From positions 222,399 through 286,398 of the forward strand of contig CAWGYY010000004.1 in assembly GCA_963826945.1 (NCBI GenBank): 64,000 nt of DNA, written 5' to 3'. Made by a program: the position numbers and the translations under genes. Origin of the DNA: an uncultured Alphaproteobacteria bacterium. Lineage in GTDB: Bacteria > Pseudomonadota > Alphaproteobacteria > Rhizobiales > Xanthobacteraceae. Of this stretch, positions 9,800 to 20,277 are shown piece by piece; the stretch's first letter is position 1, and each line of letters opens with the position of its first letter. The notes beneath the pieces are model-generated. The model saw only the letters and a list, made by a program, of their open reading frames with translations. It did no database searches and was not told where the DNA came from.

Positions 9800-11627
9800 G
9801 TGGAGGTGATCATGCCGCCTGTCGCCCTCGTCCACGCGCGTGACACTGTAGTGCCGCGAGCGAGCAAAACCGCAGCCGAAGGGACTGCGGTTCGGGAATC
9901 GCCTCCCGACACCGCATTCCAGGTTCTCGACCGTGCGGCGCATGCGGCCATTTCCCAGGCCACGCTGGGCGTATCGCCGGCCGCGCTGGGAGGAGCTTTT
10001 TTCGACTGGTGGGTGCATCTTGCGTTCTCGCCCGGCAAGCAGGCTGAACTGGCACAGCAAGCGATCGCCGGAGCGGCGGACAATTTCGCCTTCGCCGCGC
10101 AATCCGCGTTCGGCTCGCCGGGCGACCCATCCGAGCGCGCATTGCCGCACGATGATCGCTTTCGCGCGCCGGACTGGCGGACTTTTCCGTTCAACGTCTA
10201 CGCTCACAACTTTTTGTCGATCGAACGCTGGTGGGAAGCGGCGACGACGCATGTGCGCGGCGTGAGCCAGCGCCACGACGACATGGCAAATTTCACGGCG
10301 CGGCAGCTCCTCGATACCGTCGCTCCCTCGAATTTCATCGTGACCAACCCGGAGGTCCTGGCGCGCACGCGCGCCGAGTCGGGCGCCAATCTGGTGCGCG
10401 GTTACGCGAACTTGATTGCGGACTTGACGCGAGCGCGAAGCGGCGCGCCGCCGCGCGGCACGGAGGCATTCAAGGTCGGCGAAACAGTGGCGGTGACGCC
10501 GGGCAAGGTCGTCCTGCGCACGCGTCTTGCGGAAATCATCCAATACGCGCCTGCAACCGACCGCGTCCGCCCGGAGCCGATCGTGATCGTGCCGGCCTGG
10601 ATCATGAAATACTACATCCTCGACCTGTCGCCGGCGAATTCCCTGGTCAAGTTCCTCACCCAGCAGGGCTTCACCGTATTCATGGTTTCCTGGAAGAATC
10701 CGGGCGCTGAGGACCGCGACGTCGGTTTCGACGATTATCGCACCGAAGGCGTGCTCCCGGCGATCAAGGCGGCGACCGCCATCACCGGCGCCCGCAAGGT
10801 GCATGCGGTCGGCTATTGCCTCGGTGGAACGCTGCTCGCGATCACTGCCGCGGCCATGGCGCGCGACGGCGACGAGCGGCTGGCGAGCCTGAGCCTGTTC
10901 GCCGCCCAGGTCGACTTCACCGAGGCCGGCGAGCTGATGCTTTTCATCGACGAGAGCCAGGTCACGTTCCTCGAAGACATGATGTGGGAGCGCGGCTACC
11001 TCGACTCCAGGCAGATGGCCGGGGCGTTCCAGATAGCGCGATCGAACGATCTGATCTGGTCGCGCAGCATCCACGACTACCTGATGGGCGAGCAGTCGTT
11101 TCCAATCGACATCATGGCCTGGAATGCCGATGCGACACGCATGCCCTTCCGCATGCATTCGCAATATCTGCGGTCGCTTTTTCTCAACAACGATCTCGCC
11201 GAGGGCCGGTTCGAAGTGGCCGGCCGCCCGGTGGCGCTGCCCGACATCCGCCTGCCCCTCTTCGCCGTCTCCACCGAGCGCGACCACGTCGCGCCTTGGC
11301 ACTCGGTCTTCAAGCTCCATCTTTTGACCGACGCCGAGATCACTTTCGTCCTGACGAACGGCGGGCACAACGCGGGCATATCTGTCCGAGCCGGGACATC
11401 CGCATCGCCATTTCCGCATGGCTGTGCGCGAGCACGGTGAAACTTATATCGATCCCGAAAAATGGCGTGCCGAACATGTGCCGCACGAGGGTTCATGGTG
11501 GCCGGCATGGAGCGCATGGCTTGCTGCGCGATCCGGCGAGCCGGTTCCACCGCCGCCGCTCGGCGACGCGGCAGCCGGCTTTGCGGCGATCGAGGATGCG
11601 CCGGGACGCTACGTCTTCATGAAGTAA
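9800..11627 (+). pseudogene. phaC: class I poly(3-hydroxyalkanoate) synthase, interrupted by a 1-nt frameshift near 11381-11385
   Basis: ORFs 9800..11440 and 11418..11627 join as ...VLTNGGHNAGI/(V)SEPGHPHRHFRMAVREHGETYIDPEKW.... The lipase-box region is VHAVGYCLGG. The expected IVSEPG is read in two frames. Confidence 0.85.
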
Positions 11628-11695
11628 GCAAAAGGAGATGCTCGGATACGCGGGCGGTCGTAACCGCGAGAATTGAAACAGTCTCGGAGCGTCAA

Positions 11696-12458
11696 ATGGA
11701 TTTGCAAGGCAAGGTGATCGTGATCACGGGTGCGGCGCAAGGGCTCGGCCAGAAGATGGCGGAGGTCATCGCCGGCCACGGCGCCAAGCTCGCGCTGGTC
11801 GACCTCGATCACGCAAAACTCCAGGACGACGGTACGGCTCTGCACGAAAGCGGGCGGTAAGGTCAAGGACTACCCAGCCGATGTGACCGACGAACCGGCG
11901 GTCGAGTCGCTGTTTAACGGCGTCCGCAAGGACTTCGGCAGCGTCGATGGCCTCATCAACAATGCTGGCATCACTAGCGACGCCCTATTGGTGAAGGCGA
12001 CGGACGGCAAGGTGCAGAGAAAAATGTCGCTTACGGACTTCCATAGGGTGATCGCGGTTGACCTCAGAGGCGTGTTCCTGTGCGCCCGCGAGGCCGCCGT
12101 GCAGATGATCGAGAGCGGCCGCGGCGGCGTGATCATCAACATTTCCAGCATTTCTCGCGCCGGCAATGTCGGACAAACCAACTACGCTGCGGCCAAGGCC
12201 GGCGTCGCCGCGATGACAGTGACCTGGGCCAAGGAACTGGCGCGCTACAACATTCGCGTCGCCGGCATCGCTCCGGGATTTAGCGACACGCGCATGGTGG
12301 CGAGCATTCCGACGAAGGTGAAAGACAAGATCGTGTCGACCATTCCGTTGCGGCGGTTCGCGCGACCCGAGGAAATTGCGCGCGCCGCGCTCTTCGTCTT
12401 GCAGAACGATTATTACGACGGTCGGATTCTAGAGATTGACGGCGGATTGCGGCTCTGA
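11696..12458 (+). pseudogene. SDR family 3-oxoacyl/acetoacetyl-CoA reductase-like, 1-nt insertion near 11825-11831
   Basis: MDLQGKVIVITGAAQGLGQKMAEVIAGHGAKLALVDLDHAKLQD in one frame. It continues as TVRLCTKAGGKVKDYPADVTD...NNAGI...YAAAKAG... in ORF 11730..12458. Confidence 0.8.
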
Positions 12459-12513
12459 CCGGTGCGGCCGGATGCGATGTCTTCGTCGGACGGGGAAGTC
12501 AGTGGAGCAGGCT

Positions 12514-12882
12514 ATGATCGAGCAGTTTACCGATTTTCCGAGCAACGTTGTCGCATTCGTCTGCAAGGGGTGGGTGACCAAATCGGACTGTGACTCAGTT
12601 CTGGTGCCCGCCGTCCTGAATGCACTTCGAACGCACGATAAGGTCCGGCTCTACTACGAAACCGACGCGGATTTTGCCGGGTTCGATCTCGGTGCGGCGT
12701 GGGAAGATTTCAAGATCGGAATGGAACATTTCACGCGCTGGGACAGTGTTGCCGTCGTCACCGACATCGAATGGAGCAAGCACATGACGCGCTTTTTCGG
12801 GTTCCTCATGCTCGGGACGATGGTGAAGCTCTTTTCGCGGTCTGACGCCACGCGGGCGCGCGATTGGATCAGGGCAAACTGA
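12514..12882 (+). CDS. STAS/SEC14-like (DUF3478-type) protein
   Basis: MIEQFTDFPSNVVAFVCKGWVTKSDCDSVLVPAVLNALRTHDKVRLYYETDADFAGFD; GGAG lies upstream of ATG 12514. Confidence 0.75.
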   Translation: MIEQFTDFPSNVVAFVCKGWVTKSDCDSVLVPAVLNALRTHDKVRLYYETDADFAGFDLGAAWEDFKIGMEHFTRWDSVAVVTDIEWSKHMTRFFGFLMLGTMVKLFSRSDATRARDWIRAN

Positions 12883-12959
12883 ATGCGGGTAGATCGCTGC
12901 CGATCTGTGCACGGAGTAAGGAATAGATATCGCCGTGAGCGTTGAATGGAGAGAAAAAA

Positions 12960-14146
12960 ATGGCCACCCGTGAAATCGTCCTTTGTGAAGCCGTGCGGAC
13001 CCCGATCGGAACCTATGACGGGAGCCTGAAAACGGTATCGGCGCCGGACTTGGGCGCGATTGCCATCAAGGCGATACTGACCCGTTCGAAACTCGATCCG
13101 GCGAAAGTCGGAACGGTGGTGATGGGCAATGTTGTCCAAGCCGGCAATAAGATGAATCCGGCGCGGCAGTCCGCCGTCAATAGCGGGATACCGGTCGATG
13201 TTCCCGCCATGACGGTCAACCGCGTCTGCGGCTCCGGTGCGCAGGGGATCGCCTCCGCCGCTCAGGAGGTCATGCTCGGCATGCTCGACAGCGCCGTCGC
13301 CGGCGGCATGGAGAACATGGACATGGCGCCCTACCTCGTCGCCAACGGGCGATGGGGCTACCGCATGGGAGACGCGCAACTCTACGACAGCATGTTGCGC
13401 GATGGCCTCAACGACGCGTTTTCCGGCGAGCATTCAGGGTGGCACACGGAAGATTTGGCAAAATCTCACCAAATCACCCGTGAACAACAAGATCGCTGGG
13501 CATTGCGTTCGCAGCAGCGTTTTTCGGCAGCGCAGGCGGCCGGGAAGTTCAAGGAAGAGATTACGCCGGTCGAGATTCACAGCCACAAGGGGGTGAAGGC
13601 CATCGACAAGGACGAACAAAATAGGCCGGACACCACGATGGAGAGCCTCGCTAAGCTTCGTCCGGCTTTCCGCAAGGACGGGACGATTACCGCTGGCAAT
13701 GCCCCCGGTTTGAACAGTGGCGCTCGGCGATGATCGTCGCCGAACGCGGATGGGCCGAGAAACAGGGCCTAAAGCCAATGGCCCTGCTTGTTTCCTACGG
13801 CATCGGTGCGGTCGAGCCGGGAATGTTTGGGCTCGGGCCGGTTCCCGCCGTTCGCCAGGCGCTATCGCGCGCCGACTGGAAGATCGCCGACATTCAGCGG
13901 ATCGAGATCAACGAGGCCTTTGCCGCAATCGCCATCGCGGTCACGCGCGAGCTCGGTCTCGCAGAGGACATCGTGAACGTCGAAGGCGGCGCCATCGCGC
14001 ACGGTCATCCCATCGGTGCGACGGGCGCTGTGCTGACCACGCGCCTGCTTCATTCGATGAAGCGCGACGGCATCAAGCGCGGCGTCGTGACATTGTGCAT
14101 CGGAGGAGGCCAAGGGATCGCGCTCGTGCTTAAGGCGATGAATTGA
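12960..14146 (+). pseudogene. phaA: acetyl-CoA acetyltransferase (thiolase), 1-nt deletion near 13724/13725
   Basis: MATREIVLCEAVRTPIGTY...NRVCGSGAQ...GNAPGLNSGA in frame 1. It continues as (A)MIVAERGWAEKQGLKP...NEAFAA...CIGGGQGIALVLKAM in ORF 13730..14146. Confidence 0.85.
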
Positions 14147-14224
14147 GACCCGCAATTCCGGTTTGAGTAGGCGACCGGAAATGAGGGTGACGAAAGCAAG
14201 ATTTCGAAGTTAAGGAGAGCAGCG

Positions 14225-15262
14225 ATGAAGGCACTCGTCTATCACGGACCGGGAAAGAAGACACTGGAAGATCGTCCGATGCCGCAAATCGCTGCGCCAA
14301 CGGATGCCATCGTCAAGATCGTCAAGACGACGATCTGCGGAACCGACCTGCATATCCTCAAAGGCGACGTGCCGACTTGTGCGCCTGGCCGCATCTTGGG
14401 TCATGAGGGCATCGGCGTGGTCGATAAGGTCGGCGGGGCAGTCACCGCGTTTCATGTCGACGATCGTGTGATCGTGTCGTGCGTCTCGTCTTGCGGAAAA
14501 TGCGACTATTGCCGCCGCGGCATGTACTCGCATTGCGTCAATGGCGGCTGGATTCTCGGCAACAAAATCGACGGCACCCAGGCCGAATATGTCCGCATTC
14601 CCTTCGCCGATACCAGTCTCTATCACATTCCCGCAGGCGCGGACGAAGATGCGCTCGTAATGCTGAGCGACATCTTGCCGACGGGCCTCGAATGCGGCGT
14701 GCTCAACGGCAAGGTCCAGCCTGGCTCGACCATTGCCATCGTCGGTGCCGGCCCCATTGGGCTCGCCGCGTTGCTCACGGCGCAGTTCTATTCGCCGGCC
14801 GAAGTTATCATGGTCGACATGGATGACAACCGCCTGCAATTGTCCTCCCGCTTCGGCGCGACGACGATCATCAACAACAAGGACGGCAAAGCGGTCGAGA
14901 AGATCATGAAGCTGACCGGCGGCCGCGGCGTCGATACGGCCATCGAAGCGGTTGGTGTGCCCGCGAGCTTCATCACGTGCGAGGATATCGTGGCGCCCGG
15001 CGGCATCATTGCCAATATCGGCGTGCATGGCGTCAAGGTGGATCTTCATCTGGAGCGCCTGTGGGATCGCAACATTGCCATCACGACCAGGCTCGTCGAT
15101 ACAGTCACGACACCCATGCTCCTGAAGACGGTGCAGTCGAAGAAGATCGATCCGACCCGATTGATCACGCATCGGTTCAAACTGGATCAGATCGTCGAAG
15201 CCTACGAAACGTTCGCTCGCGCCGCGGATACGCACGCGCTGAAAGTCATCATCGCCGCGTAG
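14225..15262 (+). CDS. zinc-dependent NAD(P) alcohol dehydrogenase
   Basis: MKALVYHGPGKKTLEDRPMP...ICGTDLHILKGD...GHEGIGVV...CGKCDYCRRG...IVGAGPIGL. Confidence 0.9.
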   Translation: MKALVYHGPGKKTLEDRPMPQIAAPTDAIVKIVKTTICGTDLHILKGDVPTCAPGRILGHEGIGVVDKVGGAVTAFHVDDRVIVSCVSSCGKCDYCRRGMYSHCVNGGWILGNKIDGTQAEYVRIPFADTSLYHIPAGADEDALVMLSDILPTGLECGVLNGKVQPGSTIAIVGAGPIGLAALLTAQFYSPAEVIMVDMDDNRLQLSSRFGATTIINNKDGKAVEKIMKLTGGRGVDTAIEAVGVPASFITCEDIVAPGGIIANIGVHGVKVDLHLERLWDRNIAITTRLVDTVTTPMLLKTVQSKKIDPTRLITHRFKLDQIVEAYETFARAADTHALKVIIAA

Positions 15263-15386
15263 GTGGGTAAGCATCGCTTCCATCGCACCGATCGAATGGG
15301 TGATCGACGATCCCATCCTGTCTTGAGTTGGGTCAAGGAGTTGGAGAGGCAATCGCTTTAGCGTGCGGTCGCCGGTTGCTAGCCAA

Positions 15387-15407
15387 TAGGTACTTTCCGA
15401 GCCTACC
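15387..15407 (+). promoter_or_regulatory. recurrent upstream motif, copy 5
   Basis: TAGGTACTTTCCGAGCCTACC, about 35 nt before ATG 15442. Its flanks closely resemble copy 7 at 31682. Confidence 0.4.
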
Positions 15408-15441
15408 GTGGGCATATCCTTGGCAGGTACTCTAAGAGAAG

Positions 15442-15786
15442 ATGAAGAAGATGACACACGAGTTAACATCCAAGCCGCCATCGCCAATGAACCCGCTCGG
15501 CCTCGAGTGGCCCACTTTTCCGAATGCCTCCGCAGCGGCTTCCGGCAATTCGATGACGAGTTGGCCAGACTACATGGTCGATGCGTTCCAGCGCGGCGTT
15601 CTCTTCGTCGATCTGATGCGGCAGCGTGGCAACGAAGAGAGCGAGATTACATCACGGCCGGTGGCGACTGTGTTGCGCTTCGATCATGAAGTGCTGATGA
15701 GCGCCGGTCGCTGCCGCGGCCGATCAACTACGCGCTGTCGCGTATCGATCGATGATCGTGACGTTGCCGCGTTTGTAGCGGATTAG
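15442..15786 (+). pseudogene. 5' fragment duplicate of the DUF3141 gene
   Basis: PLGLEWPTFPNASAAASGNSMTSWPDYMVDAFQRGVLFVDLMRQRGNEESEITSRPVATVLRFDHEVLMS is about 90% identical to residues 15-85 of ORF 16574..18862. It then shifts frame and terminates. Confidence 0.6.
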
Positions 15787-15870
15787 GCCGGCCCATGTCG
15801 GGTATCGGACATGGTCGATTTGCATCAATGTGACTTAGACGTCTCGGCCGCATAATGTTGTACTCGGGGT

Positions 15871-16290
15871 ATGAAAAAGGAGGTTGCCGTGAGGATAATC
15901 TTGGTCTCGATCGTGATCGGACCACTTATGCTGTTCGGCGCACTGCCCGCCGTTCCAGGTCAGTCGATCTCTTCCGACACGCGCATCCAATTAGCAGCCG
16001 GCGGCGATTCGACTGCCGACAGGGACACCTACACTCAGAAGGCGCGGGACGCCATGCACGAATGGCAGCAGAAGCTGCACGACTTCAGTGAGAAGGCAAA
16101 GGCCAAGGGGCAAGAGGAAGGCAACGCGGCCGAGAATGAGCTGAAGGCGGCCTGGACTAAAGCCGAAGCCGAGCAACACAAGTTGGAGACCGCGAGCGCG
16201 GAAGGCTGGGAGAGCGCCAAGATCTCGTTCGAGAAGGCATCCCACGACCTGAAGGAGGTTTGGGACAAAATCCGTCCCGATGACAAGTAG
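15871..16290 (+). CDS. secreted hypothetical protein (helical, Lys/Glu/Ala-rich)
   Basis: Signal-like VRIILVSIVIGPLMLFGALPAVPG. AAGGAGG precedes an alternative GTG start at 15889. Confidence 0.6.
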   Translation: MKKEVAVRIILVSIVIGPLMLFGALPAVPGQSISSDTRIQLAAGGDSTADRDTYTQKARDAMHEWQQKLHDFSEKAKAKGQEEGNAAENELKAAWTKAEAEQHKLETASAEGWESAKISFEKASHDLKEVWDKIRPDDK

Positions 16291-16427
16291 GCTGGCGCCG
16301 CCGAACCTACCTAGAGAGGCTTGTCCGCTTGATGAGCCAGTGGCGAGGTTGCCGAGCGTAGGCATGTCTCGCTCGGATTGAATTAGGAACATTCTCAAAA
16401 GCTTGCCTCTGAGCATATCCAGCGGCT

Positions 16428-16441
16428 TTGATCTTGATCAT
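16428..16441. promoter_or_regulatory. FixK/FNR-like box TTGAT-CTTG-ATCAT
   Basis: One mismatch to TTGAT-N4-ATCAA; about 135 nt upstream of the DUF3141 gene. Confidence 0.5.
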
Positions 16442-16573
16442 GGTCGCGACCGCGCCACCCCGTGTAACGGTGCGGCTAAGCAAATCGACCTGGCGGAGGC
16501 GAACATCTCTCTGCTCGCAGACCGCCATTCAGTCAAAACAGCCATGAAGGGAAGTCTCCCTTAGGAGATCAAG

Positions 16574-18862
16574 ATGACAGTTGACTCAATTTCAAAGCCG
16601 GCAGCGCCAATAATCCCGCTCGGCCTTGAGTGGCCCACTTTTCCGAATGCCTCCGCAGCGGCTTCCGGTAATTTGATGACGAGTTGGCCAGACTACATGG
16701 TCGATGCGTTCCAGCGCAGCGTTCTCTTTCTCGATCTGCTGCGCCAGCGTGGTAACGAAGAGATCGAGATCACATCACGGCCGATGGCAACCGTGCTGCG
16801 CTTCGATCATGAAGTGTTGATGAGCGGCCGATCGCTGCCGCGGCCGATCAACTACGCGCTGTCGCGCGTCGTGCAGCCGCCCGGACTCGCGACCGACCCG
16901 CGCAAGCGGCCGGTCGTGGTGATTGATCCGCGGGCCGGCCAGGGGCCGGGAATCGGCGGCTTCAAGTCGGACAGCGAGATCGGCGACGCCCTGGATGCCG
17001 GCCATCCGGTTTATTTCATCGGGTTCGGCGCGGAGCCTGCACCCGGCCAGCAGTTCCTCGATGTCGTCGAGGGACAGGTGAAGTTCTTCGAACGGGTGGT
17101 CGAGCTTCACCCCGATGCACCGCGTCCATTTGCGATCGGCAACTGCCAGGCGGGCTATCAGACGCTCATGGTGGCCATGCTGCGGCCAGACCTATTCGGG
17201 CCATGCTTGGTCGCGGGCTCCCCGATGTCGTACTGGCAGGGCGTACACGGCAAGAACCCGATGCGCTATTCCGGCGGTCTGCTCGGCGGCAGCTGGCTCA
17301 CCGCAATGACCAGCGATCTCGGCAATGGGAAGTTCGATGGCACCGGGCTGATCCTGAACTTCGACGTCCTAAACCCGGCCAATTGGCTGTGGGGTAAACA
17401 GTATGGGGTCTATACCGACATCGACACCGGAGCGGAGCGCTTCCTAAAATTTGAGAAGTGGTGGGGCGACTTTATCGCACTGAACGGCGACGAGTTGCAG
17501 TACCTGGTAGACAACCTCTTCATCGGCGACAAGCTGACCCGCAACGAATTGCAGTCGCATGATGGCACGACCTTCGATGTCCGCAACGTCACCTCGCCGA
17601 TCATTGTGTTCACCTCCACGGAAGACAACATCAGTCCGCCGCCGCAGACACTCGGCTGGATTCTCGATCTGTATCGGGACGTCGACGACATCCGCGCCAC
17701 CGGCCGGACGATCGTGTACTCCCTGAATCATAAGATCGGGCATCTAGCCCTCTTCGTCTCCGCCAAGGTGGGCGCGAAGGAGGACGAGGAGTTCGTGCAG
17801 CTGATGGACGTCATCGACTGCCTGTCGCCTGGCCTCTATGAGATGGTCATTTCGCCACGGCCGGCGGATGTGCCCGCGGGCGGCTTCGTCACCGGCGACT
17901 GGATCGCCCGCTTCGAGGCCCGCTCGCTCGACGACATCCGCGCGCTCGGCCGCAACAGCCCCGAGGACGATCGCGCCTTCGCTGCTGTCGCTCGGCTGTC
18001 GGAGTTGAACCTGTCGATCTACCGTACCTTCATGCAGCCTTTGGTGCGTGCTCTTGCCAACCAATCGGCGGCGGACCTGACCCAATCCCTGGACCCGCTG
18101 AGGCTCAGCTACACGATCTTCGCCGATCGCAATCCGTGGATGAAGGGCGTGCAACAGCTGGCCGCCGCCGCGGCAGCGGACCGCAGGCCGGCGGCAGCCG
18201 ACAATCCGTTTCTCGCTCTACAGGCGCAGATCTCGGACCAGATCATTGCCGCCCTGGACGCCTATCGCGTGGCGCGTGACCAAATGGCCGAGCAGACGTT
18301 CTTCGGCTTTTACGGCTCGCCATTCGTGCAGGCGTTTCTTGGCCTCAACAAGGAAAGCGAAATACGGCAGTTTCCCGGCACTTCGCCCGAGAAGTTGGCA
18401 GCACAACAGGCCCAGTCGGACGCATACGCGGCGAAGCTGCGGACCGGCGGATTCGACGAAGCGCTGACCCGAGCGGTGCTGTACGTCATCGCGGCAGAGC
18501 GGATGATCAACCAGCGCTCCGCACTCGCGTTGAACGTCGCCCGCCAGAAGCTCATGCATCTATCGCTCAGCGAGTTCAAGGCGCTGGTGCGAGACCAAGC
18601 CTTCCTGCTGCAGCTCGAACGGGAGCGCGCGGTGGAAGCGCTTGCATTCCTGGTGCCGAAGGCGGATGCGCGCAAGGAACTGTTGAAGCAGGTGAACGCG
18701 ATTGTCGGCTTGGGTGATCCCCCGCTTACCGCGGAGCGCGACCGTCTGGCCCACCTGTCGCAGGTGCTGGCGGCGCCGATTGAGAAGACGGCAACTCTTG
18801 TAACTTCTGGCCGGGCCACCGCTGCCGGAACTACCGCACGGCGCTCCATGGTGTCGCACTGA
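16574..18862 (+). CDS. DUF3141-type large alpha/beta-hydrolase-like protein (PHA-metabolism associated)
   Basis: 762-aa intact ORF. The family assignment is from memory, based on the N-terminal YMVDAFQRSVLFLDLLRQRGN signature and the usual synteny with pta-like and ackA genes. Confidence 0.75.
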   Translation: MTVDSISKPAAPIIPLGLEWPTFPNASAAASGNLMTSWPDYMVDAFQRSVLFLDLLRQRGNEEIEITSRPMATVLRFDHEVLMSGRSLPRPINYALSRVVQPPGLATDPRKRPVVVIDPRAGQGPGIGGFKSDSEIGDALDAGHPVYFIGFGAEPAPGQQFLDVVEGQVKFFERVVELHPDAPRPFAIGNCQAGYQTLMVAMLRPDLFGPCLVAGSPMSYWQGVHGKNPMRYSGGLLGGSWLTAMTSDLGNGKFDGTGLILNFDVLNPANWLWGKQYGVYTDIDTGAERFLKFEKWWGDFIALNGDELQYLVDNLFIGDKLTRNELQSHDGTTFDVRNVTSPIIVFTSTEDNISPPPQTLGWILDLYRDVDDIRATGRTIVYSLNHKIGHLALFVSAKVGAKEDEEFVQLMDVIDCLSPGLYEMVISPRPADVPAGGFVTGDWIARFEARSLDDIRALGRNSPEDDRAFAAVARLSELNLSIYRTFMQPLVRALANQSAADLTQSLDPLRLSYTIFADRNPWMKGVQQLAAAAAADRRPAAADNPFLALQAQISDQIIAALDAYRVARDQMAEQTFFGFYGSPFVQAFLGLNKESEIRQFPGTSPEKLAAQQAQSDAYAAKLRTGGFDEALTRAVLYVIAAERMINQRSALALNVARQKLMHLSLSEFKALVRDQAFLLQLERERAVEALAFLVPKADARKELLKQVNAIVGLGDPPLTAERDRLAHLSQVLAAPIEKTATLVTSGRATAAGTTARRSMVSH

Positions 18863-18909
18863 GCGGAAGCCGCTCGATCACGCCGTAGCTGTTGGACGTA
18901 TACGCAGCC

Positions 18910-20271
18910 ATGCAAACGATCGTGAACAAGACGTTCAAAGAGATCGCCGTCGGCGACACCGCGTCGGTCCAGCGCACGTTACAGGCCGGTGACGTGCGGG
19001 CCTGGGCTGCCGCCTTCGGCGAAGTGGACATGCTTGCCGGCCCCGGCGAGAGCCAGGGGGCTGCCGGCATCGTCACGGCCATGCTGACTGCGCTCGCCGG
19101 TTCGGCGCTCCCGGGACCCGGAACCTCGATCCGCACAACCTCGGTGCAGATCAAAGGTGCATTGCCGATCGGCGCGGCGATGACCGCACGGCTCATCGTG
19201 CGGGAGAAGCGGTCGGATCAGGGCATCGTCGTGCTGGACGGCCAGTGCACCGACCCTGCGGGTCAGATTTTCGCCACCGCGATGCTGGAAGTTCTGGCGC
19301 CGACGACGCGGCAACAACACCAAGTGGCGGAGCATCGGCTCGAAGGGGTCGTCGAACGCTGTCGAGGTTTCAAGCCGATGCTGACCGGCGTGGTGCATCC
19401 ATGCAGCGCTGATGCATTGGCTGGCGCGGTGGAGGCCGCCGCGGCCGGGCTGATCCTGCCCGTGCTGTTCGGCCCCGAGGCCGAGATCCGGCAGATCGCG
19501 GATCAGGCGCGCCTGGACATCGCCAAGTGCCGGATCGTGGCCACAGATGGTGCCGAGGAGTTGGCGCTAAAGGCCGCTACCGCCGCAGGCAGCGGCGAGA
19601 TCGCGGCGCTGATGAAGGGCAGCCTGCACACCGACGTGCTTTTGCACGCGATCATGCAGAAGGAAACAAAACTGCGCACCGGACGGTTGATCAGTCACTG
19701 CGTGATGGTGTCGGTGCCGACCTATGCGCGCCGTTTCATCATCAGCGATGTCGCCTTGAATATCGCGCCCGACACCGACCAGAAGCGCGACATCTGCCAG
19801 AACGCGATCGGATTCGCGCGCGCACTCGGCGTCGACCTGCCGAAGGTAGCCGTGCTGGCCGCGGTCGAGATGGTGCAGACCAAAATGCCGGCCACGCTCG
19901 ATGGAGCGATTCTGGCCAAGATGGCCGATCGCGGTCAGATCGTCAGCGGCATCGTCGACGGGCCGCTCGATCTCGACGCCGCAGTCGATGCGCAGGCCGC
20001 GCGGATCAAGCATATCTCATCGCCGGTCGCTGGCCTCGCCGATGTCCTGATCGTGCCGAACATCGAGGCCGGCAACATGGTCTACAAGAATCTCGCATTT
20101 ATGGCCGATGCGCAGATCGCAGGCCTCGTCGTCGGTGCACGCGTGCCGATCATCCTGACTAGCCGCGCCGACACCGCCGCGGCGCGCCGCTTTTCGGCTG
20201 CCGCCGCTGTGCTCTATGCCGATGCGCTAGCGCGCGATCCCACCATCCTGTTGCCTGAAACCGCGGAGTGA
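18910..20271 (+). CDS. bifunctional MaoC-like enoyl-CoA hydratase / phosphate acetyl(butyryl)transferase
   Basis: N-terminal hot-dog-like region (FKEIAVGDTASVQRTLQAGDVRAWAAAFGE) plus a C-terminal PTA_PTB region (LMKGSLHTDVLL...VPNIEAGNMVYK). Confidence 0.85.
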   Translation: MQTIVNKTFKEIAVGDTASVQRTLQAGDVRAWAAAFGEVDMLAGPGESQGAAGIVTAMLTALAGSALPGPGTSIRTTSVQIKGALPIGAAMTARLIVREKRSDQGIVVLDGQCTDPAGQIFATAMLEVLAPTTRQQHQVAEHRLEGVVERCRGFKPMLTGVVHPCSADALAGAVEAAAAGLILPVLFGPEAEIRQIADQARLDIAKCRIVATDGAEELALKAATAAGSGEIAALMKGSLHTDVLLHAIMQKETKLRTGRLISHCVMVSVPTYARRFIISDVALNIAPDTDQKRDICQNAIGFARALGVDLPKVAVLAAVEMVQTKMPATLDGAILAKMADRGQIVSGIVDGPLDLDAAVDAQAARIKHISSPVAGLADVLIVPNIEAGNMVYKNLAFMADAQIAGLVVGARVPIILTSRADTAAARRFSAAAAVLYADALARDPTILLPETAE

Positions 20272-20277
20272 TCGGCC

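Noticed and set aside
9383-11419. 678-aa ORF antisense to phaC
   Set aside because: This is a typical GC-rich antisense shadow ORF (Arg/Gly/Ala-rich). The opposite strand has unambiguous PhaC homology.
12654-13433. 259-aa ORF antisense to the thiolase, and similarly 20671-21447 antisense to ackA
   Set aside because: Shadow ORFs opposite clearly homologous genes.
14210-15487. 425-aa ORF antisense to the alcohol dehydrogenase
   Set aside because: Shadow ORF; the plus strand encodes a complete Zn-ADH with all motifs.
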